From a virus, in IMG/VR virus record IMGVR_UViG_3300013000_000010, positions 23,160 through 87,159 of that record: a DNA stretch of 64,000 bases; one strand, 5' to 3'. Under the pieces are notes generated by a model. The model saw only the letters and a list, made by a program, of their open reading frames with translations. It did no database searches and was not told the DNA's origin. Shown piece by piece: positions 1 through 8,988 of the stretch. Position numbers and translations under genes: made by a program. Numbering within the stretch: the stretch's first letter is position 1; every line of letters begins with the position of its first letter.

Positions 1-1
1 G

Positions 2-988
2 ATTTTCATTGATAAAAACGCTATGGGCGAAGAATGCCGCCCGATCGGCTTTATCACTGACAAGAAGACCTTTCAGCGCGCAGAGCACCTGCTGGCCGAC
101 TGGCAGAGCTTTGCCGACCTGGCAGAAGAGAAACGTCAGGCGCGCTCTATCGCGATCACGACAAACCTTTACCTGCCGGTGCCGACCCTGATCGTTGAGC
201 CGAAGCACGTCACTATCAACCGCTTCCGCGCTACGGCGACCGCGAACCACACCCGCGAAGATATCCTGAAGCGTTATGAGAAGCAGATCGGCAAGCTGCG
301 CAAGGTTCCGTTCGCTGCAGGTGCCATCATGTCGCTGGAAGACGAAATGAAGGCGTTTGAAGCCGCAGCGCCGGGTGCAATGTACCGCGCCCGCACCAGC
401 AACTACTCTGACATTCAGGTGACTGCGCGTTATACCGACGACAAAAAAGATGAGGGTGAGTCGTTCCGTTATGGCGCGCACGGCATGCTTATTTACGGTG
501 AGAACCTGAATAAAGAGCGTGATATCAGGCTGAACGTTAACAGCAACGGCGGTTACACGTCCTCTTACGACGCGATTTCCCCTGTGGCATGCTCAGTACT
601 GCCGAATGCCAAGCTGTACACGATGGAAGACGTGGATTACAGCAAGCAGCTGGCCGCTCAGCGTTCCTCTGTGGCCTATACGGTGAACACGCGCCGCACT
701 CAGTTTGAGACCAGGGCAAAGGCGAAGATTGCGAAGGCAAAGGACGCGCAGGAAGCACGTCTGTTTAAGGCTGAAATCGACGAAAACCGCGACCTGCTGG
801 AAAAGCTGGAAGCATACGACTGGGCGCTGCTGGAGAAGAAGGTTGCTGCAGGCGATACCGAACAGCTGACCATGCCGGAGATCCGCAAGCGCTACGGTGG
901 CGAAGAGCCACGCGCCGGAAAGAACATGCGCAACATGTACAGCCTGCTGCGTGAGCTGGAAAGTAACCTGAAAAACCAGGGCAAATAA
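2..988 (+). CDS. c1: C1-type primary repressor, frame open at the left window edge (likely 5'-truncated)
   Basis: RPIGFI, NLYLPVP and SSYDAISPVACSVLPNAKLYTMEDV resemble P1 C1 (RPVVVL, ILYPVP, SLYDSIEPIICDRWPQAKIYRLADI); convergent on pacB as in P1. Confidence 0.8.
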   Translation: MFIDKNAMGEECRPIGFITDKKTFQRAEHLLADWQSFADLAEEKRQARSIAITTNLYLPVPTLIVEPKHVTINRFRATATANHTREDILKRYEKQIGKLRKVPFAAGAIMSLEDEMKAFEAAAPGAMYRARTSNYSDIQVTARYTDDKKDEGESFRYGAHGMLIYGENLNKERDIRLNVNSNGGYTSSYDAISPVACSVLPNAKLYTMEDVDYSKQLAAQRSSVAYTVNTRRTQFETRAKAKIAKAKDAQEARLFKAEIDENRDLLEKLEAYDWALLEKKVAAGDTEQLTMPEIRKRYGGEEPRAGKNMRNMYSLLRELESNLKNQGK

Positions 989-1021
989 CAGTCGGTATTT
1001 TGCCACCAGCAGGCAAAACAG

Positions 1022-1045
1022 AAGGGCGCATAAGCGCCCTTTTTT
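1022..1045 (+). terminator. Intrinsic terminator after c1
   Basis: AAGGGCGC-ATAA-GCGCCCTT followed by a T-run. Confidence 0.85.
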
Positions 1046-1111
1046 ATTGCCTTGCTAACCCTAATCAACCGTTTAATAATCACTCAAAACACTCATACAT
1101 AGGATGTAAAA

Positions 1112-1816
1112 ATGAGCACTTATCGCGATGAAGATGGCAACTACAGAAGTCATACCGATCCTTACACTTCCTTTGAGTTTGAGCATCAAGCGAGCAGGCA
1201 TGAACAGGACCGATTGAACGCTGTCCCTTATTATATTCCTGAACCACCTGAACCGATTTCAGCCCCATCATTTTCTGATGGCATCACGCACACTCCCAGT
1301 AAGGACTATGTACCGGTTGAAGGTGACACAAAAATTGACATTTGGGTTAAGCCTTTTGTTGTTCTATGGGCTTACTGGTTGCTTGCCTTTCCGGCCATTA
1401 ATGCGGCATGGCTTTTACGAACATCAGGCTTCCCCTTTAGCTGGCTCGGCACCGTTTTATATTACCCCTGGACGTTACTGGTTAAAGCTATCGGCGCGCC
1501 TTACTATCTCGCATATCTTTTTGATGGTGTAGCCCAAGCCTTTGCTATGGCTGTCATTGCAGTAGTCTGGTTTTGTGTACTGAGTTATGTGTGCAACAGG
1601 CTCTGGGATACTGCGCCCCAGCTGTTAAACAAAGTTTTAAAGGGGCTGGCGATCGCCGCGATTATCCCGGTTGCGTTGGCAGTTCTGGCATACATGACCG
1701 GGTCGTTGAGTGGAGACATTGCTCAGAATTTTTGGTTTGGACACGATCCATATACCTATGTAATTAGGCATTTTTTTAACTTCCCCAGTCCCGGATATGG
1801 ATTCCCTGCCGAATAA
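1112..1816 (+). CDS. Multi-pass membrane protein, moron-like insert
   Basis: 234 aa; hydrophilic Pro-rich N-terminus then several hydrophobic segments; AGGA RBS; AT-richer than flanks; terminators on both sides. Confidence 0.8.
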   Translation: MSTYRDEDGNYRSHTDPYTSFEFEHQASRHEQDRLNAVPYYIPEPPEPISAPSFSDGITHTPSKDYVPVEGDTKIDIWVKPFVVLWAYWLLAFPAINAAWLLRTSGFPFSWLGTVLYYPWTLLVKAIGAPYYLAYLFDGVAQAFAMAVIAVVWFCVLSYVCNRLWDTAPQLLNKVLKGLAIAAIIPVALAVLAYMTGSLSGDIAQNFWFGHDPYTYVIRHFFNFPSPGYGFPAE

Positions 1817-1823
1817 TAGTCTA

Positions 1824-1846
1824 GCGAGGCCACCCGCCTCGCTTTT
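1824..1846 (+). terminator. Intrinsic terminator
   Basis: GCGAGGC-CACCC-GCCTCGC-TTTT. Confidence 0.75.
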
Positions 1847-1874
1847 ACTTACTATAGTGGTTGCCTGCTGGTGG

Positions 1875-3386
1875 TCAGGCCAGCAGCGCATCCAGCTCCG
1901 ATAGTTCGTCCAGTTTGCTCTGCGTAAAGTCAGCCATATCTTCGCTCAGTTCGGCCTCTGCCGGACGGTAGCCAATCAGGAAGATGAAGCAGTAGGTATC
2001 CCAGCGGTCAGGCGATTTGATGTTAAGTTTCTGCCGCATCTGAGGCTTCGGCACCATCATAATTCGCCCCATTTCATCCATGAAGTACGGAATCTTTGAG
2101 GCCTGCTCTGCCGTGTGCTGTGACATATCAATGCGCATCCGGCCCGACCGGATCGCGTCAGCAGCCATGATGTTCGACCAGGCGCGCTGATTCTTGAATC
2201 GCTCTCTCACCTTCTTACTGAAAGGCGGCTGCCCCCAGCGGATACTGATTGCATTAACGCCCCGGCGCTCCAGCTGCTTGAGCGTACCAGACCCCACACC
2301 GTCGCCATCTACCGCAATGGTAATGCCCGGATAGCGCTCCTGGGTGCATTCGTTAGCGATGTAGTCACCGAACGAGATCGGGTCCATTGTGCCGGGCATT
2401 TCCAGCAGCTTAAACGACACGACGCGGCGCGCATCGCCGTACCCGGACACCTTGCAGATGTTGAGGATCGACTTATCGCGCCCGTTACCGACGTCGGCGG
2501 TGGCCACCCAACCCCAGCCCTTCTCCAGATACACTTTCCGGCGCGCTGCGCGATCGCACTCATCACGCCCCAGCAGATAGCCGCTGACATTGCGCGGGAA
2601 GCGGCCCAGCACCTTCACCATGTATTCCAGCGAGTCGCGCCCGCCGTACTCCACCAGCTTTTCACGGATGAATTTCAGGGTGACGTGTGGCGCTTCCTCG
2701 GAATTGAGCACGATGGCATTCCAGAAGCCGTTAGGGTTATCCGGGTGTCGGGCTAGCGAATGGTGCGAGTCGTAGAAGTAACCACTGGGGCGAGTAGGCT
2801 GCGACATCATCAGCATGCGGTTATCTTCTTCTGTCAGCGCACCACGCATGATTGCGATCGCTTTGTCAGAGATACCCGACGCCTCATCGAGGATCAGCAG
2901 AATGTGTGCGGCGTGCTCACCGGCAAGCGCTTCCTCGTTACCCAGGCGATAGCCCTTACAGAGCACCTCCCAGATGCCCTTACGCGACTTTTCATAAAAC
3001 ATAGTGTCGGTCAGGGTGAAGTAGTTCTGAAGCCACGGGTGGCGTCTGGCGGCGTTCGCCCAGTAGGTTTTGACGTACTTGAAAACGCCGGTCTTAACCT
3101 GCCCGATTTTGTTGGCCACGATGATTACGCGCGCATCCGGGTACATGATCATGTAGATCAGCAGCATCATGGCCGTCAGGGATGATTTACCCGTACCGTG
3201 TCCCGACGTCACGGTAGTCTGGCTCCCCGTCTCCTGTACGGAGTTCATGATCTCTTCCTGCTGCCAGGTGGGGATCATGCCAAACAGCTCAACGACGGCC
3301 AGCGCCCAGTTATAGCGGTAGCGGATAACCATGTCGCGCCAGCGCGGGTCTGTCGTGACGCTCTTTATGCGCTTCTTACCGCTCAT
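1875..3386 (-). CDS. pacB: Terminase large subunit
   Basis: Walker A SGHGTGKS, Walker B LILDEASG, RNase H-like nuclease ADVGNGRD ... PDRWD. Confidence 0.95.
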   Translation of the reverse strand: MSGKKRIKSVTTDPRWRDMVIRYRYNWALAVVELFGMIPTWQQEEIMNSVQETGSQTTVTSGHGTGKSSLTAMMLLIYMIMYPDARVIIVANKIGQVKTGVFKYVKTYWANAARRHPWLQNYFTLTDTMFYEKSRKGIWEVLCKGYRLGNEEALAGEHAAHILLILDEASGISDKAIAIMRGALTEEDNRMLMMSQPTRPSGYFYDSHHSLARHPDNPNGFWNAIVLNSEEAPHVTLKFIREKLVEYGGRDSLEYMVKVLGRFPRNVSGYLLGRDECDRAARRKVYLEKGWGWVATADVGNGRDKSILNICKVSGYGDARRVVSFKLLEMPGTMDPISFGDYIANECTQERYPGITIAVDGDGVGSGTLKQLERRGVNAISIRWGQPPFSKKVRERFKNQRAWSNIMAADAIRSGRMRIDMSQHTAEQASKIPYFMDEMGRIMMVPKPQMRQKLNIKSPDRWDTYCFIFLIGYRPAEAELSEDMADFTQSKLDELSELDALLA

Positions 3387-4660
3387 CAGGCGTCGTCCTC
3401 GCCCTGTATGACGTCTATATCAGGCGGGATATCGTCATCGTCTCCGTACAGCTCCGCCGTGGCCATATAGTCAAAGTTGCCACTGAGATTACCCTCGCCC
3501 GCTGTTTCGCCGGCGCGGTTCTCTCCGTCCGCCTGGACGTCACCGAATCCCCCGCCATCCACCAGCGCTGCCACTTGTGCACGGCGTTCCTCTACAAAGG
3601 CCGCGCTGGTGGCCTGCTGCTCACGAAATTTCCGCGCATCCCGGTCCAGTTCGTCCTCAGTGACCGCGCCGCTGTCATCTACTGGCGGTTCGGCGTTCTT
3701 GAGCTCGTTCTCAAGGCGTCTGGATAATGACTCCGGCAGTTTGATACCGTGCCGCTCGATGTACTCGGCCGTCTCCAGTAAATCCCAGTCCTTTTCCTCG
3801 CGCAGCTGGTAGGCGCGGCTGATCACCTCACCGGCGTTATGCGTCAGTGCATGCTTCTCATTGTCGCGCCGGTTCTTGTCGGTGCCGCTGGCGATCGCCG
3901 CCACCCGCGTAGCGTGGTCATTGACCAGATAACCGACCTCGATCATCAGTTTGGTCATCTTGAGGATGGGGTGTGGCCCGCCGCCGCCCTGGTCATCATC
4001 CTTTTTGCCGCCGTTCTCCAGGTTACTGGCTTCCAGCTCAAACAGTTCGACCGCCCGCGCCGTGGTGCGCTTCAGCAGGTCCATGTGCGCCAGCGAGTCA
4101 AACAGCACCGTCATGGCGCTGGCTTCCACGCCCTCGCCCAGCACCTCTAATGCTGATTCGTAATCCTCCGGCCGCGGATAACCGCGCCGGTTGGCCACCA
4201 GCTTGGTTTCATGCCCTTCCTCAAACGGTTTTCCCTCCCCGCGAGGCTTTGGGGTGTGCTTCGGGCGCCCGGAATCCTGATCTCCGGCATTTATGATCTT
4301 TTTGGCATGTGAAGCATTGGGCTTTTTCTTCCCGCCAGGCTGCGCTGCTGCGTCAGCGCGTGGTTCCAGCACCCCCTCTAAAGCCGCGCTATGCCTGACT
4401 TTGCGCCCGTTTCGGCGGATGATCAGGTCTTCTTGTCTGGCGTGATCATTTTGATGATCAGAAGCGTGATCACTCGAATGATCATGATTGTGATCACCAG
4501 CCAGATCACGCATTGCGGCCAGCGCTTTGCCGTTCAGCTCCCGACGTGCGGTGTTAAACGGCAGACCGTAGTGCTCACAGTACTCTTTGACGGTTATCCC
4601 GTTCTGCGCCTTCTGCTCGATGAAGGCTTTTCTGTGGTCATCCCAGTTAACTTTGGACAT
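3386..4660 (-). CDS. pacA: Terminase small subunit
   Basis: N-terminal HTH; overlaps pacB start; contains TGATCA array like P1 pacA. Confidence 0.9.
   Translation of the reverse strand: MSKVNWDDHRKAFIEQKAQNGITVKEYCEHYGLPFNTARRELNGKALAAMRDLAGDHNHDHSSDHASDHQNDHARQEDLIIRRNGRKVRHSAALEGVLEPRADAAAQPGGKKKPNASHAKKIINAGDQDSGRPKHTPKPRGEGKPFEEGHETKLVANRRGYPRPEDYESALEVLGEGVEASAMTVLFDSLAHMDLLKRTTARAVELFELEASNLENGGKKDDDQGGGGPHPILKMTKLMIEVGYLVNDHATRVAAIASGTDKNRRDNEKHALTHNAGEVISRAYQLREEKDWDLLETAEYIERHGIKLPESLSRRLENELKNAEPPVDDSGAVTEDELDRDARKFREQQATSAAFVEERRAQVAALVDGGGFGDVQADGENRAGETAGEGNLSGNFDYMATAELYGDDDDIPPDIDVIQGEDDA
4420..4508. repeat. pac site: TGATCA (Dam-site) hexamer array inside pacA
   Basis: TGATCA at 4420, 4443, 4455, 4467, 4479, 4491 and AGATCA at 4503; two more at 4719 and 4731. 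Confidence 0.8.
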
Positions 4661-4695
4661 GGTTTATCGTTCAAAAGAGGCCAATAAACCGGGAT

Positions 4696-4714
4696 GGTAT
4701 GGAGTCTGTAATTT
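4696..4714 (-). promoter_or_regulatory. Late-promoter motif upstream of pacA
   Basis: AAATTACAGACTCCATACC; one of seven related copies upstream of late genes. Confidence 0.7.
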
Positions 4715-4845
4715 GTAGTGATCACATTAATGATCACTATCGCAGCTAACGCGCCGTTTTGGTGCCTTACTAATGGACAAAACCGGAATATGTGGTACTT
4801 TGATTGCTCGTTCGTAGTATGAAATTAACCACTGGATAAAATTAA

Positions 4846-5973
4846 ATGACTAAGAATAAAGCTGTTTTAGTGGCAGTAGACGCAGGCTCTGGTAACGTAG
4901 CGCTGACTTATGCTGAAGATGGCACAGGGCGCTGGATCACCTCGGTCACCCCTTCGCTGATACTGGAAGGCCACCAGCAGTCTTTCGCGGCTGAATCACA
5001 GTCTACGTGGCTGACAAAGGATGCCAGCGGCAAAGAGCGCGCCTACACCGTCATGAAGAAAGGCTATGACCTGTATGACACATGCGACCCTAACTATCAG
5101 GTCTCACCTGCTCACCGCGTCCTGATTGCCGATGCACTGCACCGTGCTGGCCTCGGTGGCCGTGATGTGATCATTGGTGAAACGCTGCCGGTGAATCAGT
5201 TCTACAGCGCTATGGGTGTGATTAACGAAGCCCGTATCCGTGAGAAGGTTGCCAGCCTGAAGACGCCTGTCACCAATTATCGCGATGGTAGCGAACCGGC
5301 TAACATCATTCACGTCGAAGTATTCCCTGAAGCCGTTCCTGCCATCGTTTCGGCACAGGCAGATAATCCGGAGCTGGCTGACGCTGAGCAGACGCTGGTA
5401 GTGGACCTGGGACGCTTTACCTGTGATATCGCCCTGGTTGATAAAGACCTGATGCCTGTGAAAAAGGCCAGCTATGAGCACGGCGTTCAGAAGATGATCG
5501 AGCGTGTTCATGCGCTGCTGCCAGAGTTTGAAGAAAAGCTGGGTAAATCGTTCGGTGCATCCGATCTCAGCGTTGATAGCGTTGATGCCATCATTCGTCA
5601 GGGCTATATCGGCTCCCGTCTGGAAAGCGCTAAATCGAAGCGTATTGATATCAGTGAAGTCATCAACCAGGCCGCATCTGAGCTGGCAGAGAAAATCTGG
5701 CAGGACGTGCGTGCGCTTCACCGTAATACCCGCGATGTTGACGTTGTTCTGGTTGTTGGTGGCGGCGCTAACTATATCGCTGGCAAGCTGCCAGGGCTGA
5801 CCGACCACACCGATGGCTGGCATGATGTTGTTGTTGTGCCGAATAACCCTGAAATGGCTATTGCGCGTGGCGTCTATCTGGCGCTGCAGGCCTCTGAGGC
5901 CGATATTCTGGCTGATATCAGTAGTGCGGCGTCTGTAAGCGATATTCGTAGCCGGACCAACGAGAAGGGCTAA
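4846..5973 (+). CDS. parM: Actin-like plasmid partition ATPase (ParM/StbA family)
   Basis: Actin-fold motifs VAVDAGSGNV, VVDLGRFTCD, VVGGGA. Confidence 0.9.
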   Translation: MTKNKAVLVAVDAGSGNVALTYAEDGTGRWITSVTPSLILEGHQQSFAAESQSTWLTKDASGKERAYTVMKKGYDLYDTCDPNYQVSPAHRVLIADALHRAGLGGRDVIIGETLPVNQFYSAMGVINEARIREKVASLKTPVTNYRDGSEPANIIHVEVFPEAVPAIVSAQADNPELADAEQTLVVDLGRFTCDIALVDKDLMPVKKASYEHGVQKMIERVHALLPEFEEKLGKSFGASDLSVDSVDAIIRQGYIGSRLESAKSKRIDISEVINQAASELAEKIWQDVRALHRNTRDVDVVLVVGGGANYIAGKLPGLTDHTDGWHDVVVVPNNPEMAIARGVYLALQASEADILADISSAASVSDIRSRTNEKG

Positions 5974-5975
5974 CT

Positions 5976-6518
5976 ATGGCACAGGTGATTAAATTTACCG
6001 GGCTGGAGGAAGGCGGGCTGTTCAGCCGCTCTATGCTCGAAGACTATAACAAGCTGAAGACGAATCCCGCAAAGCGCGCCTTTGTGATAAACGTTATTCG
6101 TTCGGGCTATGCAGTGGAGCAGATGGGGCTTGCACCAATCCTCGCGCTGATGGAAGAGACGTACGGTGATACGTTCATGACAATGACCAAGCGTGAGCGG
6201 CTGCAGCGTCTGCTTTCGCTAATCAGCGTCACGCTGGGTGAAACCACTCCACCGACGCCGGGTATGCAGCCGGTACAGGCACCAGTGGCTGAACCAGCAG
6301 CCGCTGTCGTTGCAGCGCCACCAGCTGAAAAGGCTCAACCGGCACAGGCCGAGAATCCTTCCAGCGAAGCCGCTCAATCAGCACGGGCCGAGAGTCAGCC
6401 GGAGGCGGTTAGCGTTACTCATAATCCGGATGACAATTCATCCAAGCGCGTAGAAGAAGCACCCAAAGGTGTTACATCAAGCGCCTTAAAGCTGCAACGC
6501 CACAGAGTTTCAGGCTAA
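5976..6518 (+). CDS. Probable partition adaptor (ParR/StbB-like)
   Basis: Directly downstream of parM; folded N-terminus and low-complexity Ala/Pro/Gln tail; assigned by position. Confidence 0.6.
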   Translation: MAQVIKFTGLEEGGLFSRSMLEDYNKLKTNPAKRAFVINVIRSGYAVEQMGLAPILALMEETYGDTFMTMTKRERLQRLLSLISVTLGETTPPTPGMQPVQAPVAEPAAAVVAAPPAEKAQPAQAENPSSEAAQSARAESQPEAVSVTHNPDDNSSKRVEEAPKGVTSSALKLQRHRVSG

Positions 6519-6525
6519 GCCGCTC

Positions 6526-6553
6526 TGCCCCGTTCACATGAGCGGGGCATTTT
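6526..6553. terminator. Hairpin between convergent partition and lpa genes
   Basis: TGCCCCGTTCA-CA-TGAGCGGGGCA. Confidence 0.55.
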
Positions 6554-6941
6554 CCATCCTTCCCCGTCTGCACATATCCATCAGTTGCCTCGCCAGCGCG
6601 CATACCGACAGCTGTTCCATTTCCTTCTTCTGCAGCACACGCTTTGTGGCGCTTTCCACACACAGCGAGTCGTAATTCAGATCCTTTCTTCCCCGCACCT
6701 TGAAAATGTAGCCGTTCATGGCCTCCAGGCGATACTGCCGGGGATAGGCATCGGGATGTACCCGGCATTGTGCGAACGGCGAACGGACAAAGGAGCGCAG
6801 GATATTCGAGATAATGCCGGTGTTCACCAACAGGTGCGGGTATTCCGTTTCCACCAGCTTAGTGACTTCGGCCACTGTCATATAGTCCTTCCTGCGAATC
6901 AACAGATCGGCCACCTCTATACTGCTCACCTTTTGCTCCAT
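6534..6941 (-). CDS. lpa: Probable late promoter activator (winged-helix)
   Basis: 135 aa wHTH-like; lies upstream of pacA on the same strand once parMR is discounted, the P1 lpa position. Confidence 0.6.
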   Translation of the reverse strand: MEQKVSSIEVADLLIRRKDYMTVAEVTKLVETEYPHLLVNTGIISNILRSFVRSPFAQCRVHPDAYPRQYRLEAMNGYIFKVRGRKDLNYDSLCVESATKRVLQKKEMEQLSVCALARQLMDMCRRGRMENAPLM

Positions 6942-7292
6942 ATACTGCTCCGCTTGTATTAACTACAAGCAATTCTAAGGATTGTATAATTCGCACAAGT
7001 GGTAATGGTTTAAATATCGCCATTATTAGCAGGTATAAGCGCGTTTTAGAGACGATTCCGGGGGCGAACGGCGCATGCCTAAACTGGCTGGTGGCTGTAT
7101 GAGTGAATGACGATCGCAGTACTGGCAGTGCATTACTGTACGCTCGATGCCGCGTAACCGGACCGCTTTAAATATAGTTTTAAGGGGGATTATCACGGTC
7201 AACCCGATTTTTTTACTTAGAGTTTATGCGATGTGTGGAGTGCTGCCGGTGCCGGGTGAGCATCTTCACCCGGACGATCATGTATCAGGCTG

Positions 7293-7691
7293 TCAGCGGA
7301 GGCTTCTCAGGAAGTGGCTGACGGTCGGGGACCACAAAGTTACTATGTCACTTCCTAACTGCTGGATGACTGCGCTGTAATCGCTTAATGGCACATGCTC
7401 CCCTGCATCACCCATAAAAATCAGTTGCTGAGATGTACCGGCTTTCGCTGCGTCCACGCTGTAGGCAAATCCGGGAGTAGAACCGAAATGCTCCACCAGC
7501 TGCTCTGCCCGCCATGCGAAACGCACACCACAGTTCTTCCGGAGCTCGAGCGTCACCGTGCCGCCGACGAGCATAGCCGAAATTTCTGTACCGGCACTGG
7601 GATAACTGCGTTTACAGGAGACAGACGTAATTTGGCAGTTGGCAGCTTGCCAGTCCAGCGCTGGCAGGTCACTGATTTTAACTGTTTCCAC
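7293..7691 (-). CDS. Hypothetical protein
   Basis: 132 aa ORF coupled to the upstream gene. Confidence 0.65.
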   Translation of the reverse strand: METVKISDLPALDWQAANCQITSVSCKRSYPSAGTEISAMLVGGTVTLELRKNCGVRFAWRAEQLVEHFGSTPGFAYSVDAAKAGTSQQLIFMGDAGEHVPLSDYSAVIQQLGSDIVTLWSPTVSHFLRSLR

Positions 7692-8275
7692 TACACCAGC
7701 CTCCAGTCGCTTGCGAGAAGATCCGTTGAGGCTGGCGCCCAGTCGGAAACCGTTAGCTTTTCGGTATCAATGAGCAAAAGCTGGGGCATCTGCGTTACGG
7801 CCACATCTTGGCTGCAATCAAAGTAGCGGGCCGGTACGCCATACATATCTGATCCATTCAGTGCTGCGCGTGTCAGCCCTCTGGTGAGGCGCAGATGAAC
7901 ACCCTTCCCCCATGCTGCCCGCGCCACTTTGCAGCCCTCTGACAGCCACAGCTGCGCGACCGCCAGCGGTGCTTGCTCCTGCCTGAAACTCAGTTCGCCG
8001 GTATCAATCATCGCTTCGTTGCGCAGGATAAGATCATTCAGCTTAATCAGCGCGGCACAGGCGGCGTGGTTCAGGGTTTCGCCAAAACCGGTCATTGTCA
8101 GGCCGCTTTTGCTGATAACGGCTGCGTATCCGTCAGTTTTGGTCTCAGAAGTCTCTGTAATGGTGTATCCCAGGCGGGCAATGACAGCCAGCAGCGCCAT
8201 GTAATCGCCTGCATAGTCGGCTTCTGCGTCTGCAATCATGGCGATCGTTGCATTCAATTGTTGAGCGGTCATCAT
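7691..8275 (-). CDS. Two-domain protein: phage ABA-sandwich-like N-terminus plus Tad2/DUF2829-like C-terminus
   Basis: C-terminal KVARAAWGKGVHL ... DWAPASTDLLASDW matches the DUF2829 pattern; N-terminal GETLNHAACAALIK resembles ABA-sandwich domains. Confidence 0.65.
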   Translation of the reverse strand: MMTAQQLNATIAMIADAEADYAGDYMALLAVIARLGYTITETSETKTDGYAAVISKSGLTMTGFGETLNHAACAALIKLNDLILRNEAMIDTGELSFRQEQAPLAVAQLWLSEGCKVARAAWGKGVHLRLTRGLTRAALNGSDMYGVPARYFDCSQDVAVTQMPQLLLIDTEKLTVSDWAPASTDLLASDWRLV

Positions 8276-8277
8276 TA

Positions 8278-8586
8278 TCAGTAGCCCCGTTTCTGCTTGC
8301 GCTTCTGCGCTGCTTGCCTGCGTTTCTTCTCTGCGGCCCAGTGCTGCTGAGCTTCCGCAATGCTTGTGGCCAAATGACGCATTCCCCGTTCGATCTCTTC
8401 CTGTATGGGTGGACGGGTCTCATCCACCAGCAGCGCTCTCACCTGCGGGACCGGAACGGTCGGCGGACGACGGGCTACCCAGCTGAGGCTTCCCATAATT
8501 GCGCCCATCAGTGCGATCTTCTTCATGCGTTTTCTCTTCCTGCAGGCGTGCCGAATCCCCGGCAGGCGCCGGTGATTAAAGTTCAC
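8278..8586 (-). CDS. Small basic hypothetical protein (true start may be MKKIAL)
   Basis: ORF in the leftward operon with a Lys/Arg-rich tail. Confidence 0.5.
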   Translation of the reverse strand: MNFNHRRLPGIRHACRKRKRMKKIALMGAIMGSLSWVARRPPTVPVPQVRALLVDETRPPIQEEIERGMRHLATSIAEAQQHWAAEKKRRQAAQKRKQKRGY

Positions 8587-8665
8587 CTGGTTAAATCCGG
8601 CGTGGGATAAGCACGGCGATAATTTGAAGCCTGCGCCGGCGCGTGGCCGGGTGGCTGTAATAGCA

Positions 8666-8765
8666 TTGTGCTGACCGGATTCGAACCGGATACCGTCCGT
8701 CTGTCCCCATCAGGCCTTACGGCTGTTACATGGAACGGCGGTTGCTTCCGTTAAGCGACAACACA
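8666..8765 (-). ncRNA. tRNA-like RNA with an extended (~50 nt) arm replacing the anticodon/variable arms
   Basis: Acceptor TGTGTTG/CAGCACA, D-arm GCTT-AACGG-AAGC, T-arm CCGG-TTCGAAT-CCGG; central arm ends in GCC-GTAA-GGC; no encoded CCA. Confidence 0.55.
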
Positions 8766-8802
8766 ACGGTAAAAGCACATTGCAGGCGCTCTTACCTGTT
8801 GT
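8763..8802 (-). repeat. Conserved stem, copy 1 (RNase III-like)
   Basis: ACAACAGGTAAGAGC ... GCTTTTACCGTTGT. Confidence 0.55.
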
Positions 8803-8808
8803 CCTGTC

Positions 8809-8973
8809 TCAGCCCGCCACCAGCTGCGCGATAAGCCATTTGTGACCGGCAAACAGTCCGGCATTCAGAAGGCAGTGAAACATGACAAACTGCATGGCTC
8901 TGATGGTCTTTGTGTAAGTGCTGTCACTCATGCGCATTGCGTCCGGATTGGCTGGCTGTCTTACCCTGATCAT
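8809..8973 (-). CDS. Possible 54-aa small protein
   Basis: MIRVRQPANPDAMRMSDSTYTKTIRAMQFVMFHCLLNAGLFAGHKWLIAQLVAG; weak RBS. Confidence 0.3.
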   Translation of the reverse strand: MIRVRQPANPDAMRMSDSTYTKTIRAMQFVMFHCLLNAGLFAGHKWLIAQLVAG

Positions 8974-8988
8974 GCCAGAAATAGCGTC

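Noticed and set aside
4420-4508. Periodic GATC repeats as the parC centromere for ParM
   Set aside because: Position inside pacA and the TGATCA sequence fit the P1 pac site better; no separate iteron array was found beside parM
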